Positions 40,747 through 51,012 of a DNA stretch of 64,000 nt are shown in pieces. The notes under the pieces were generated by a model, which did no database searches, was not told the origin of the DNA, and saw nothing but the letters and a program-made list of their open reading frames with translations. The translations under genes and the position numbers were made by a program. The first letter of the stretch is position 1. Each line of letters starts with the position of its first letter. The DNA is from an uncultured Verrucomicrobiaceae bacterium (GTDB lineage Bacteria; Pseudomonadota; Gammaproteobacteria; Pseudomonadales; CAMLJR01), in NCBI GenBank assembly GCA_964515735.1, contig CAZEVP010000003.1, positions 18,731 to 82,730 of the forward strand, given 5' to 3'.

Positions 40747-41987
40747 AGCGCCTGTTCATCGCCGTGCTGCTGGTGCTGCTGCTGGCCGCGCTGCTGGCGG
40801 CGGCGATCGTCAGCGACCCCGGCTACATCCTGCTCGCCTACGGCCACTACACACTGGAGACCACCGTCTGGGTCGGGCTGGCGCTGCTGCTGGCGACGCT
40901 GCTGGTGATGTACATCGCCGTGTCGCTGCTGCACCGCAGCCTGCGTCGCGCCGGCATGGTCGGCCGCTGGCGCATCGAACGCCGCGTGCGCCGCGACCAG
41001 CAGCTGACGACGCGCGCCATCGTCGCCGCCATCGAGGGCAACCCGACCCGCGCGCGCCGCCAGCACGAGCGCGCCGCGCTGCGCTCCGACGCGCCGCTGG
41101 TCAACCACCTGCTCGCCGCCCGCGCCAGCGCCGAGCTCGGCGACGCCACCGCGGTCGAGATGAACCTGCGCCGCGCCGAGCAGGGGCGCCCGCGCGCGAT
41201 GACGGCGGTGCTGCTGACGCGCGCCGAACTCGAACTGCGGGCGGGCCGGCCGGAGACCGCGCTGGCGACGCTGCAGCGGCTCGGCCGCAACGCCCGCCGG
41301 CTGCCGCAGGCACTGGTGCTGCAGCGCGACGCACTACTGCAAACCGGCGACTGGCCGGTGCTGATCGCACTGCTGCCGGACCTGCGCCGCCACCTGAAAC
41401 CGTCGACCGAGGCACTCGCAGCACTCGAACTGCGCGCCGGCAGCGGCCTGCTCGACAATGTCTCAGTACAGAGCGCCGCGACGCAGGGCGTCGACGCGCT
41501 GCGCGACGGCTGGCGAACGCTGCCGAAGCCGCTGCGCAAACTGCCGGCACTGGCCGGCCACTACGCCGGGCTGCTGCTGCAGGACGGCGCCCACGGCGAT
41601 GCCGAGGCGGTGCTGGTCGACGCGCTGAAGCGCGGCTGGAGCCCGGCGCTGGTCGAGCTCTACGGCCGCACGCACAGTGCCGACCCGCGCCGCCAGCTAC
41701 TGCTGGCCGAGGGCTGGCTCGACGCCCACGGCGACGACCCGGCGCTGCGCCGCTGCCTCGGCCGGCTGGCGCTGCGCAACCAGCTGTGGGGGCAGGCGCG
41801 CGACCACTTCGAAGCGGCTCTGCGCCTGAGCGAAGCCGCCGGCGACCATGACGGCTGCGCCGAGGCCGGCGCCGAACTGGGCCGGCTGCTGCAACAGCTC
41901 GGCGAGCGCGACGCCGCCGCGCGCTGCTTCGAGCGCGTCGTGCAGGCGCTGGCGCCGGCACCGAACCCGTCGCTGCCGCGACCGTGA
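40743..41987 (+). CDS. hemY: HemY-family membrane protein
   Basis: ATGA overlap with hemX. Two N-terminal TM segments then TPR-like helices. Conserved operon position. Confidence 0.8.
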   Translation: MKRLFIAVLLVLLLAALLAAAIVSDPGYILLAYGHYTLETTVWVGLALLLATLLVMYIAVSLLHRSLRRAGMVGRWRIERRVRRDQQLTTRAIVAAIEGNPTRARRQHERAALRSDAPLVNHLLAARASAELGDATAVEMNLRRAEQGRPRAMTAVLLTRAELELRAGRPETALATLQRLGRNARRLPQALVLQRDALLQTGDWPVLIALLPDLRRHLKPSTEALAALELRAGSGLLDNVSVQSAATQGVDALRDGWRTLPKPLRKLPALAGHYAGLLLQDGAHGDAEAVLVDALKRGWSPALVELYGRTHSADPRRQLLLAEGWLDAHGDDPALRRCLGRLALRNQLWGQARDHFEAALRLSEAAGDHDGCAEAGAELGRLLQQLGERDAAARCFERVVQALAPAPNPSLPRP

Positions 41988-42910
41988 GCGCATCGGCCAT
42001 CAGCCATCGCCCGCCGGCGCGACCGCTGCCCTCCCCGGAGCACGATCCGCTGACGGGACACGGCGGCCGTCCCGCCGCCGACCCGCCGGTGCCGGACTGG
42101 GCCAGCCTCGAACTGCCCGACGCCTGGCCCGACCAGCTCGACCTGCGCCGCCCGCGCCAGCTGCTGACACTGCTGCGCGGCATCGCCGGCCGGGGCCGGC
42201 GCGTGCAGCTACCGGAACGGCTGCCGGGCCGCGAGCTGCTGCCGAAATACCTGCTGCAGGAGTTCCACAACCTGCCGAACGGCAACTATTCGCGGCGCAT
42301 CTCGCGCGGCTACCTGACCGGTTTCGACCGCGTCATGCTCGGCCACATGCGAGGCGCCCGCGCCCGCCTCGCCGACTTCCTGCGCGGCTGCGACAGCGCC
42401 ATCGACATCGGCTGCGGCGGTGGTCGCACCGCCGCCGCATTGCGCGAGGCCGGCGTGCGCGAGGTGTGGGGGCTCGACCCGTCGCCGTACCTGCTGCAGC
42501 ACGCCGCGCACGATTTCCCCACGGTCAGGTTCGTGCAGGGGCTGGCCGAGCAGACCGGCTTCCCCGAGCGCCGCTTCGACGGCATCGCCGCCTGCTTCCT
42601 GCTGCACGAACTGCCGCCGCGCCAGACCGGGCACGCGCTGGCCGAGTTCGCGCGCATCCTGCGCCCGGGCGGGCGGCTGGCGATCTGCGAACCGTCGCCG
42701 CTGCAGATGCGCCGGCCCGGCTGGCAGCTGTGGCGGCGCGAGGTCTGGCGCGCGCACTACTTCCACCGGCTGGCGCGGCTGGTGCACGAGCCGTTCATCG
42801 ACGCCTGGCACCGCTGCGATGCGCGCGCCCTGCTCGCCGCGCACGGCTTCGAGCTGGTCGGCGAGGAGCAGCAACTGCCGCTCGCATTCCTGTTCGCGCG
42901 CAAACGGTAG
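41984..42910 (+). CDS. Class I SAM-dependent methyltransferase
   Basis: GTGA overlap with the hemY stop. SAM motif I AIDIGCGGGRTA, and LRPGGRLAICEP. Confidence 0.8.
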   Translation: MSASAISHRPPARPLPSPEHDPLTGHGGRPAADPPVPDWASLELPDAWPDQLDLRRPRQLLTLLRGIAGRGRRVQLPERLPGRELLPKYLLQEFHNLPNGNYSRRISRGYLTGFDRVMLGHMRGARARLADFLRGCDSAIDIGCGGGRTAAALREAGVREVWGLDPSPYLLQHAAHDFPTVRFVQGLAEQTGFPERRFDGIAACFLLHELPPRQTGHALAEFARILRPGGRLAICEPSPLQMRRPGWQLWRREVWRAHYFHRLARLVHEPFIDAWHRCDARALLAAHGFELVGEEQQLPLAFLFARKR

Positions 42911-42916
42911 CGGCGC

Positions 42917-43887
<971 letters not shown>

Positions 43888-43891
<4 letters not shown>

Positions 43892-45072
43892 GCGCGCTGC
43901 TCGCCTGCATCGCCAAGGAGCTGCTGCTGGTGCGGCGCGACCTGCACGGCCTCGCGCTGCTGTTCCTGATGCCGCTGGCGTTCGTGCTGATCATGTCGCT
44001 GGCGATGCAGGAGACCTTCGCCAGCCGCGCCGGCAAACAGGTGCAGGTGCTGCTGGTCGACGCCGATGACAGCGCCGCCTCGAAGCAGCTGGCCGAACGC
44101 ATCGGCAACAGCGGCGCGTTCGCGCTGATCGACGGCGATGGCGCGCAGGTCGACGCGGCGCTGGACGACGGCCGCGCCCATTTCGCGCTGCTGATCGACG
44201 CCGGCTTCGGCGAGCGGCTGCAGCAACCATCCAGCGCCGATGAAGAGCCACTGCTGCGATTGCAGGTGGCACCCGACACGCCGCGCCAGACCGAACAGCT
44301 GCTGCGCGCCGCGCTGCGCGAGGCGCTCGGCCGTCAGCGCGTCGATCTGCTGCTGAGCGCACTGCCGTTCGACACCTCATCGGCACGCGCCGACGATGAC
44401 ACGCTCGCCACTGAAATCGCCGTCACCTATCGCTACCGCGACGACGGCCGCGCGCCGAGCGCGGTGCAGCAGAGCGTGCCGGCGTGGCTGGTGTTCGGCG
44501 TCTTCTTCATCGTCATTCCGCTGTCGAACACGCTGATCCGCGAGCGCGACTGCGGCGCGCTGCGGCGGCTGCGCTCGACCAACCTGACGCCGCTGACGCA
44601 GCTCGGCGCCAAGTGGCTGACCTTCTTCGCGCTCAACCAGCTGCAGGTGGTGGCGATGCTGGCCGCCGGCCGCTACCTGGTGCCGCTGCTCGGCGGCGAG
44701 GCGCTGCAACTGAACGGCTCGATGGCGGCGCTGGCGCTGGTGGCGGCCGCGCTGTCGGTGGCGGCGATCGGCTACGCGCTGCTGATCGCGACGCTGGCGC
44801 GCAGCAGCGAGCAGGCGACACTGGCCGGCGGCGCCGGCAACATCGTGCTGGCGGCGCTCGGCGGCATCATGGTGCCGGCCTTCCTGATGCCGGCGACGAT
44901 GCAGCGGCTGGCCGAGCTGTCGCCGATGGCGTGGGGGCTGCGCGGCTTCCTCGACGTGCTGCTGCGCGGCGGCGGCATCGAACAGGTGTGGCCGGAGGCG
45001 CTGCTGCTGACCGGCTTCGGCGCGGCCGCGCTGGCACTGGCCGGGCTGCGGCTGGCACATGCGAACGAGTGA
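43888..45072 (+). CDS. ABC-2 family transporter permease
   Basis: ATGA overlap with the ATPase gene. N-terminal TM, large loop, then five C-terminal TM segments. Confidence 0.8.
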
Positions 45073-45078
45073 GACGAG

Positions 45079-45369
45079 ATGACGACCGGAGAACGGGAGC
45101 CGCCCATGGAGCGGGAGACATTGATACGGGCGCTGAAGGCGATGATCGTCGCCGAGTGCGACAAGGAGATCGAACCGGACGAGATCGGCGACGACGAGAC
45201 GCTGATCGGCGGCCCGCTCGCGCTCGATTCGCTCGACGCGCTGCAGATCTGCATGGCGGTCAAGAACCGCTGGGGCGTGCGCATCGAGAGCGGGCCGTCG
45301 GCGCGGCGCGCGCTGCAGAGCGTCGCCACGCTGGCCGACACCATCCTCACCGCCGGGCACGACGCCTAG
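45079..45369 (+). CDS. Acyl carrier protein 1
   Basis: Phosphopantetheine site GGPLALDSLDALQI. The true start may be ATG 45106 (MERETLI). Confidence 0.8.
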   Translation: MTTGEREPPMERETLIRALKAMIVAECDKEIEPDEIGDDETLIGGPLALDSLDALQICMAVKNRWGVRIESGPSARRALQSVATLADTILTAGHDA

Positions 45370-46526
45370 TGTTCGGGCGCGTCCACATCCGCGGCGCCGG
45401 CCTGCACACCGCGCTCGGCGCCGCGCTGCCCGAACAGATCGCGGCACTGCGCCGGCCGCTGGCGCCGGTCGAGCGCGCCGAGGTCGTCTACGCCGATCAG
45501 TGCGAGCGCGTGCCATACCGGCTGCTGGCCGGCCTGCCGCTGCGCGCGCCGGCCGAACGCCTCGAACAGGCACTTCATGGCGCGATCGGCGCCGCGCTCG
45601 ACACGGCCGGCCTCGATGCCGCCCAGCGGCGCCGGCTCGGCCTGTTCGTCGGCACCTCGTCGTTCGACATTTCGGTGTCGGAAGCGCAGTTTCGCGACGA
45701 ACTGCAATGCGACGGCGACGGCGCGATACCGCTGTCGCGCTCCAGCAGCCTCGGCAACCTCGCCGTCGCGCTGCGCCGGCGGTGGGATCTGCGCGGCCCC
45801 GACTTCTCCCTCAACACCGCCTGCACCGCCAGCGCCAACGCGCTGCTGTACGCGGCGCGGATGATCGAGCACGGCGAGCTGGAATCCGCGCTGGTGGTCG
45901 GCCTCGAACTGTGCAACACCGTCACCGCGATGGGCTTCCACGGCCTCGACCTGCTGGCGTCGAACGGCATGCGCCCGTTCGACACCGGGCGCGACGGGCT
46001 GGTGCCGGGCGAGGCGGTCGGCGCGCTGGTGCTGAGCGCGCGGCCCGGGCGTGCAACGTTCCGGCTGCGCGGCGGTGCCACGCTGTGCGACACCCACAGC
46101 ATCTCCGCCGCCAACCCCGACGGCTCGACCGTGGCCGAGGTGATGCGCGCGGCGCTGGCCGACGCCGGCCTCGAACGCGACGACATCGCCGCGCTGAAGA
46201 CGCACGGCACCGCCAGCCTGCTCAACGACGAGGCCGAGGTGGCCGGCATGAAACGGCTGTGGGGCGACGCGCTGCCGCCGCTGTGCGCGCTGAAGCCGTT
46301 CATCGGCCACACCTTCGGCGCCTGCGGCCTCGCCGAGCTGCTGCTGTTCTGCGGCGCCGCCGAACAGGGCTTCCTGCCGCCGCTGCCGGGTATCTGTGCC
46401 GAGCCATCCGACCTCGGCATCCGCCTCGCGCAGGCGCCAACCTCGCAGCCGCCCGGCCACTTCCTGCTGAACTACTTCGGCTTCGGCGGCAACAACACCT
46501 CGCTGGTGGTCGGCAATGTCGACTGA
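45369..46526 (+). CDS. Beta-ketoacyl-ACP synthase (FabB/F-like, APE elongation KS type)
   Basis: GTG start overlapping the ACP stop (TAGTG). Cys-His-His triad contexts NTACTASANAL, KTHGTASLLND, IGHTFGACG. Confidence 0.85.
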   Translation: MFGRVHIRGAGLHTALGAALPEQIAALRRPLAPVERAEVVYADQCERVPYRLLAGLPLRAPAERLEQALHGAIGAALDTAGLDAAQRRRLGLFVGTSSFDISVSEAQFRDELQCDGDGAIPLSRSSSLGNLAVALRRRWDLRGPDFSLNTACTASANALLYAARMIEHGELESALVVGLELCNTVTAMGFHGLDLLASNGMRPFDTGRDGLVPGEAVGALVLSARPGRATFRLRGGATLCDTHSISAANPDGSTVAEVMRAALADAGLERDDIAALKTHGTASLLNDEAEVAGMKRLWGDALPPLCALKPFIGHTFGACGLAELLLFCGAAEQGFLPPLPGICAEPSDLGIRLAQAPTSQPPGHFLLNYFGFGGNNTSLVVGNVD

Positions 46527-47412
46527 CGCGATCGCGATCCGCGGCAGCGGCGACTACTGCGCGGCGGTCGATGCCGACGTGCCGGAATTGAAGGCGCTGG
46601 TGCGCGAGACGCTCGGCGAGCCGGTGCGGCGCATCGGCCGCTTCATCCAGCTGGCGCTGATCGGCGCCGGCCGCTGCGTCGGCGGTGAAACGCTGGCGCC
46701 GGCCACCGCGGTCTACCTGAGCTCCGGCCGCGGCGACCTGGAGATCACCATCGAGGTGATGGAGACGCTGTTCCGCGCCGGCCATTCGCCGATGCCACTG
46801 AGCTTCATCAACACCGTCAGCAACTCGGCCTGCTACTACATCGCGCGCCAGTTCGGCCTGCACGGCCGCTCCAACTTCATCTGCAACCGCCACTTCGCGT
46901 TCGAGAGCGCGCTGCAGCTGGCGCTGCTCGACCTGCGCGCCGGGCTGGTCGACTCGGCGCTGGTCGGCAGCGTCGACGTCGCTGTGGCGCCGCTGCGCGA
47001 CCACCGCCGCCGGCTCGAACTCGCCGCCGATGCCGCGCTGGCGGAGGGCAGCCACTGGCTGTGGCTGCAGCACGCGCCGGCCGGCGACGGCGCGCCGCAA
47101 CTGCTCGACGCACGCCAGTTCGCCGACCGCGCCGACCTCGATGCGTGGCTGCGCACGCTGTCGCCACAACGCACGGCGATCGCGCTGGCCAGCGGGCAGT
47201 TCCTGCCGACGGCCATCGCTGACGACATCGCCGAGGCGCACGGCTTCGACGCGCACTTCGATTACCGCAGCGGGCGCGGCTACTACGACAGCCAGAGCGG
47301 CGCCGTGCTCGGTGCATTCCTGCACCGCGCCGATCCTCGGCCGCTGCTGCTGCACCTGAACGCCGATCCGGACGGCCGCTTCAGCGCGATGCTGGTGCGC
47401 GCACCGCGCTGA
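46516..47412 (+). CDS. Ketosynthase-like partner lacking the canonical active-site motif (chain-length-factor-like)
   Basis: 11-bp overlap with the KS gene. Thiolase-like segments (FINTVSNSACYYIARQFGLHG) without DTACSS- or HGTG-type motifs. Confidence 0.7.
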   Translation: MSTDAIAIRGSGDYCAAVDADVPELKALVRETLGEPVRRIGRFIQLALIGAGRCVGGETLAPATAVYLSSGRGDLEITIEVMETLFRAGHSPMPLSFINTVSNSACYYIARQFGLHGRSNFICNRHFAFESALQLALLDLRAGLVDSALVGSVDVAVAPLRDHRRRLELAADAALAEGSHWLWLQHAPAGDGAPQLLDARQFADRADLDAWLRTLSPQRTAIALASGQFLPTAIADDIAEAHGFDAHFDYRSGRGYYDSQSGAVLGAFLHRADPRPLLLHLNADPDGRFSAMLVRAPR

Positions 47413-47496
47413 TCGCCGCCGCTTCATCACCGCATCGCATCACCGGCACGACGACGGCCGCGACGTGACCCCTATCGCGGCGCGGCCCGGCGCTGC

Positions 47497-48654
47497 GTGG
47501 TTGAATGGCTCCATCCCCGGAAGAGAGCCAGACCCGTGCCGTCGACCGTACCGAACCGAGGCGTCAGCGCCATTTCGTCCGTCCTGCCGACGCTGCTGCT
47601 GGGCGCGCTGCTTCTGCTGCAGGCCGGCTGCCAGCTGCAGCCGCCCGAGCCGGAAGTACCCGCACTGCCACCACCGGCGGCGACCCACAGCTTCACGCTG
47701 GCGCCCGGTGGCGACGTCGTCGGCGAGGTACAGCGCGTGCAGGCCTACTACGAGGACACCTTTTCCGACCTCGCCCGCCGCTTCAACCTCGGCTACGAGG
47801 AGCTGGTGCGTGCCAACCCCGGCGTCGACCCGTGGCTGCCGCGCGAGGGCACCGAGATCGTGCTGCCGACCCGCTTCGTGCTGCCGGACGTGCCGCGCGA
47901 GGGGGTCGTCATCAACCTCGCCGCGCTGCGCCTCTATTACTTCCCGAAGGCGGCGCCCGGCGAGCCGCAGCGCGTCGTCACCCACCCGATCGGCATCGGC
48001 CGCGTCGGCTGGCGCACGCCGGAAGGCAGCACGAAGGTGACGAGGAAGCAGAAGGACCCGCCGTGGTTCCCGCCGGCGTCAGTGCGGCGCGAGCACGCCG
48101 CCAACGGCGACCCGCTGCCGGCGCGGGTCGAGCCGGGCCCGGACAACCCGCTCGGCCGCCACGTGCTGCGGCTCGGCTGGCCGAGCTACCTGATCCACGG
48201 CACCAACAACCCCTACGCCGTCGGCCTGCGCGCCAGCCACGGCTGCGTGCGCCTCTACCCCGAGGACATCGAGCTGCTGCACGACGAGATCCCGGTCGGC
48301 ACCAAAGTGACGGTGGTCAACCAGCCGGTGGTCTACGGCTGGGATGGCGACACGCTCTACCAGCAGGCCTACCCGGCGCTGGAGGACGACAAGCGCAATC
48401 AGACGCAGCTGGAGAAAAAGGCGCTGGAGGCGGCGCGCAAGCGGGCGCCGGCGGGTATGCGGGTCGACGGCGACAGCGCTTCACGCCTGCTGGCCGAGCG
48501 GCGCGGCATCGCGCTGCCGGTGGCGGCTCAGACCGAACCACAAGCCGTCGTGGCCAACGCCCCGCAAGTCGAGAACCGGCTGCCGGCCGGTGCGACCTGG
48601 AACGGCAGTGATCCGCAGCTGGCAGCGGGGGACAGTACCGTGACAGTGCCATGA
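47497..48654 (+). CDS. Lipoprotein L,D-transpeptidase (YkuD domain) with LysM-like segment
   Basis: Lipobox LLLLQAGC. LysM-like TFSDLARRFNLGYEELVRANP. YkuD catalytic motif YLIHGTNNPYAVGLRASHGCVRL. The ORF-track start is GTG; the true start is uncertain. Confidence 0.85.
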   Translation: MVEWLHPRKRARPVPSTVPNRGVSAISSVLPTLLLGALLLLQAGCQLQPPEPEVPALPPPAATHSFTLAPGGDVVGEVQRVQAYYEDTFSDLARRFNLGYEELVRANPGVDPWLPREGTEIVLPTRFVLPDVPREGVVINLAALRLYYFPKAAPGEPQRVVTHPIGIGRVGWRTPEGSTKVTRKQKDPPWFPPASVRREHAANGDPLPARVEPGPDNPLGRHVLRLGWPSYLIHGTNNPYAVGLRASHGCVRLYPEDIELLHDEIPVGTKVTVVNQPVVYGWDGDTLYQQAYPALEDDKRNQTQLEKKALEAARKRAPAGMRVDGDSASRLLAERRGIALPVAAQTEPQAVVANAPQVENRLPAGATWNGSDPQLAAGDSTVTVP

Positions 48655-48696
48655 CCCGTGCAGGAACCGCGGGGTCATTACACACAGATCGACAAG

Positions 48697-48714
48697 GTAA
48701 GGAATAATCCTTAC
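48697..48714. promoter_or_regulatory. Candidate operator palindrome upstream of prlF-yhaV
   Basis: GTAAGGA-ATAA-TCCTTAC, 31 bp upstream of the antitoxin ATG, in an AT-richer patch. Confidence 0.35.
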
Positions 48715-48744
48715 AGTACAGGCATTGCTATCGGGAGAGCCGCC

Positions 48745-49062
48745 ATGCCTGAAATCCATGAAACCGCCACGCTGACGTCCAAGGGCCAGATCACGCTGCC
48801 CAAGTCCATCCGGCAGGTGTTGGGCGTGGACACTGGCGGCAAGGTAGCCTTCGATCTGCGTGGAGGCGAGGTCGTCGTGACGCGTGCCGACGCCGGGCAT
48901 GAAGACCCGGCCATCGGCGCCTTTCTGGGTCTGCTGGAGGCGGACATCCGCGCCGGCCGGCATGTCCGGTCCCTGCCGGAGGATCTCGCCCACGCCATGC
49001 TGGCACGTGCCGGTCAGGCGGTGGACCTGGATGAAGATATTGATGGCGAAGTAGCGATCTGA
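48745..49062 (+). CDS. prlF: AbrB/SpoVT-fold antitoxin, PrlF(SohA)-like
   Basis: ATLTSKGQITLPKSIRQVLGV (SpoVT-AbrB swapped hairpin). Acidic C-terminus. Stop overlaps the toxin ATG (TGATG). Confidence 0.8.
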   Translation: MPEIHETATLTSKGQITLPKSIRQVLGVDTGGKVAFDLRGGEVVVTRADAGHEDPAIGAFLGLLEADIRAGRHVRSLPEDLAHAMLARAGQAVDLDEDIDGEVAI

Positions 49063-49544
49063 TGCAGAGACATGGATGGACACTGCTGTTTCACGAGGGC
49101 GTGATCGAGCAGCTGCGCAAGCTGCAAACGGCTGCGGAACGGGCCGAACAGAACGACCCGCAAGGCTTCGAGAGCAACGCCAACGTCAAGCTGTTCCGGG
49201 CGCTGAGCCAGTTGATCATGGAGGTCGTGCCGAGCGCCCCCTCGCGCGACGAGTTTCGTCAGGGCAATACCTTGAGGCCGGCGTTCCGCCACTGGCGGCG
49301 CGCGAAGATTGGACGGCGATTTCGCCTGTTCTTTCGCTACGACGCCAAAGCCAGAGTGATCGTGTACGCGTGGGTCAATGACGAACAGACCCTGCGGTCG
49401 GCAGGCAGCAAGTCCGATCCCTACGCGGTGTTCGAGAGGATGCTCGGTCGTGGCACTCCGCCTGATGATTGGGCGGCGCTGGTAACGGCGAGCCAAGCGG
49501 ATTGGCGCGCAACGGAGAAACGCTCATCACCCGGTAGTGGCTGA
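49062..49544 (+). CDS. yhaV: YhaV-family type II toxin (ribonuclease)
   Basis: GWTLLFHEGVIEQL…FRQGNTLRPAFRHWRRAKIGRRFRLFFRYDAKARVIVYAWVNDEQTLRSAGSKSDPYAVFERML matches the YhaV pattern. Confidence 0.85.
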   Translation: MQRHGWTLLFHEGVIEQLRKLQTAAERAEQNDPQGFESNANVKLFRALSQLIMEVVPSAPSRDEFRQGNTLRPAFRHWRRAKIGRRFRLFFRYDAKARVIVYAWVNDEQTLRSAGSKSDPYAVFERMLGRGTPPDDWAALVTASQADWRATEKRSSPGSG

Positions 49545-49600
49545 CAGTACGTCTCGGTCATGATCCCGCAGCCTCTTATACAAGCCAGTCTGCCCCCGCC

Positions 49601-50590
49601 CTACACAAACCCCTTCAACAACCCCCACACCGCCGCCTCGCGGTCGGCGCAGCGATTGAGAATCGCCGCCAGCTCATCGACGTCGAGTGCGCTGCGGCCG
49701 CGCGCCATCTTGCTGGCGCGCAGCGCGAACAGCCGCCACTCGTCGCCGGCCTCAGTCAGATCGAGCGCTGCCTGCTTCAGCAGGTCGCTGTCGCACAGCT
49801 TCGCCGCCTCCTGCAGGAACGATGCGTAGATGAAACGGAAACCGGCACCGCCGGTGCCGATCTCCTCCTGCATCCGCACGATGTGGGCGAGATAGAGATT
49901 CAGGTGCTCGCGGTCGGCGCCGGGGCGGCCGAGCCTGACGATGCACTTCGCCAGATGGCGGATTCCGCGAATGCCGATCACCGGCAGCGGCGCCTGATTC
50001 ATGATGCGGTGGTTGGCCTTCAGCGCGGCGCGGATCGCCGGGCGCAGGTCGACGTCGGTCGGCACTCGCGTCGGGCGGTACAGCAGCCCGCGCGCCGCCA
50101 GCGCGCCGCGCGCGAAACGCGCCTTGCGCAGATCGGTTGCCGCACAGCGTGCCGTGGTCTCGAACACCGGGTCGGAGATCAGGTAGTCGTCGCCGTCGCG
50201 GCCGTAGACGATCAGGTTGTGCGCGTTGAAGTGGAAGCGCATCTGTTCGGGAAAGTACGGCAGCCAGAACACGCTGGTCTGCAGCCCGGCGATCTGGCCG
50301 CTGTCGAGCAGCGCGTCGAGTTCGCGCATGCCGCGACCGGCGTCGCGGTAGGTGGCGCGCTGCATCGTCACGCCGAGCCGCTGCGCGACGCCCTTGATGA
50401 TGCGGCCGGGCGGCATCCGGTAGGCGATCAGCGGCATCCCGGACAGCTTCACCAGCGGGATGTAGGCGAAGGTCAGCGCGTTGGCGAGGCCGAACGCCAT
50501 CGGCTCGCTGAGCGGCAGGCCGTGGTGGGTGAGCAGGTTCGACACCACGCCGCTTTCGCAGTGGGCCGACTGGCGGTGCTGGTAGTCCAT
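49601..50590 (-). CDS. BtrH_N/DUF4872-type protein (butirosin BtrH-like ACP-dependent transferase fold)
   Basis: N-terminus SAHCESGVVSNLLTHHGLPLSEPMAFGLANALTFAY is the BtrH_N pattern with a catalytic-type Cys. Last gene of the minus-strand dar operon (4-bp gap to the upstream gene). Confidence 0.7.
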   Translation of the reverse strand: MDYQHRQSAHCESGVVSNLLTHHGLPLSEPMAFGLANALTFAYIPLVKLSGMPLIAYRMPPGRIIKGVAQRLGVTMQRATYRDAGRGMRELDALLDSGQIAGLQTSVFWLPYFPEQMRFHFNAHNLIVYGRDGDDYLISDPVFETTARCAATDLRKARFARGALAARGLLYRPTRVPTDVDLRPAIRAALKANHRIMNQAPLPVIGIRGIRHLAKCIVRLGRPGADREHLNLYLAHIVRMQEEIGTGGAGFRFIYASFLQEAAKLCDSDLLKQAALDLTEAGDEWRLFALRASKMARGRSALDVDELAAILNRCADREAAVWGLLKGFV

Positions 50591-50594
50591 CGGA

Positions 50595-51008
50595 TCAGAT
50601 CGTCTCGGAAGAGTCCGGCAGCGACTGCAGCTCGGCGACGCTCAGGCCGAGCGCCTCGGCGTAGCGAGCCAGCAGCCGCGGCGACAGCCGGGCGAAGCGG
50701 CGCGGGTCGAAGTGGCGGCGGATGCGCCACTGCCACAGGCCGCTGGTCTGCGCCAGCAGCGCCAGATCCATGCGGCGGCGGTACATGTGGAATTCGAGCG
50801 GCGCGGTGTCACCGCGCCGGGCGCGCGCCCAAGCGTCGTCGCGCTGGCGGTTGACGGCATCGATCGCCGCCTGTGTCGCCGCGGTCTCGACCTCCCAGCC
50901 GGCGGAGTGGACGCCGCCGTAGTCGCCGCGCTCGTCGACGGCGTAGAACAGCTTGCGCTGACCGCCGTAGTTGGGCGACGGATCCTGCGGCACCTCCTCC
51001 TTTTTCAT
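50595..51008 (-). CDS. 137-aa protein of unknown function with possible C-terminal HTH
   Basis: Lies 4 bp after the darB stop and 4 bp before the BtrH-like ATG. C-terminal MDLALLAQTSGL…LLARYAEALGLSVAELQ looks XRE-HTH-like. N-terminal half is unrecognised. Confidence 0.5.
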   Translation of the reverse strand: MKKEEVPQDPSPNYGGQRKLFYAVDERGDYGGVHSAGWEVETAATQAAIDAVNRQRDDAWARARRGDTAPLEFHMYRRRMDLALLAQTSGLWQWRIRRHFDPRRFARLSPRLLARYAEALGLSVAELQSLPDSSETI

Positions 51009-51012
51009 CGCT

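Noticed and set aside
45079-47412. Calling ACP/KS/KS-like genes housekeeping acpP/fabF
   Set aside because: The plsX-fabH-fabD-fabG context is absent. The KS is paired with an overlapping partner that lacks the canonical active-site motif, and it is followed by the rest of an APE-type gene set.
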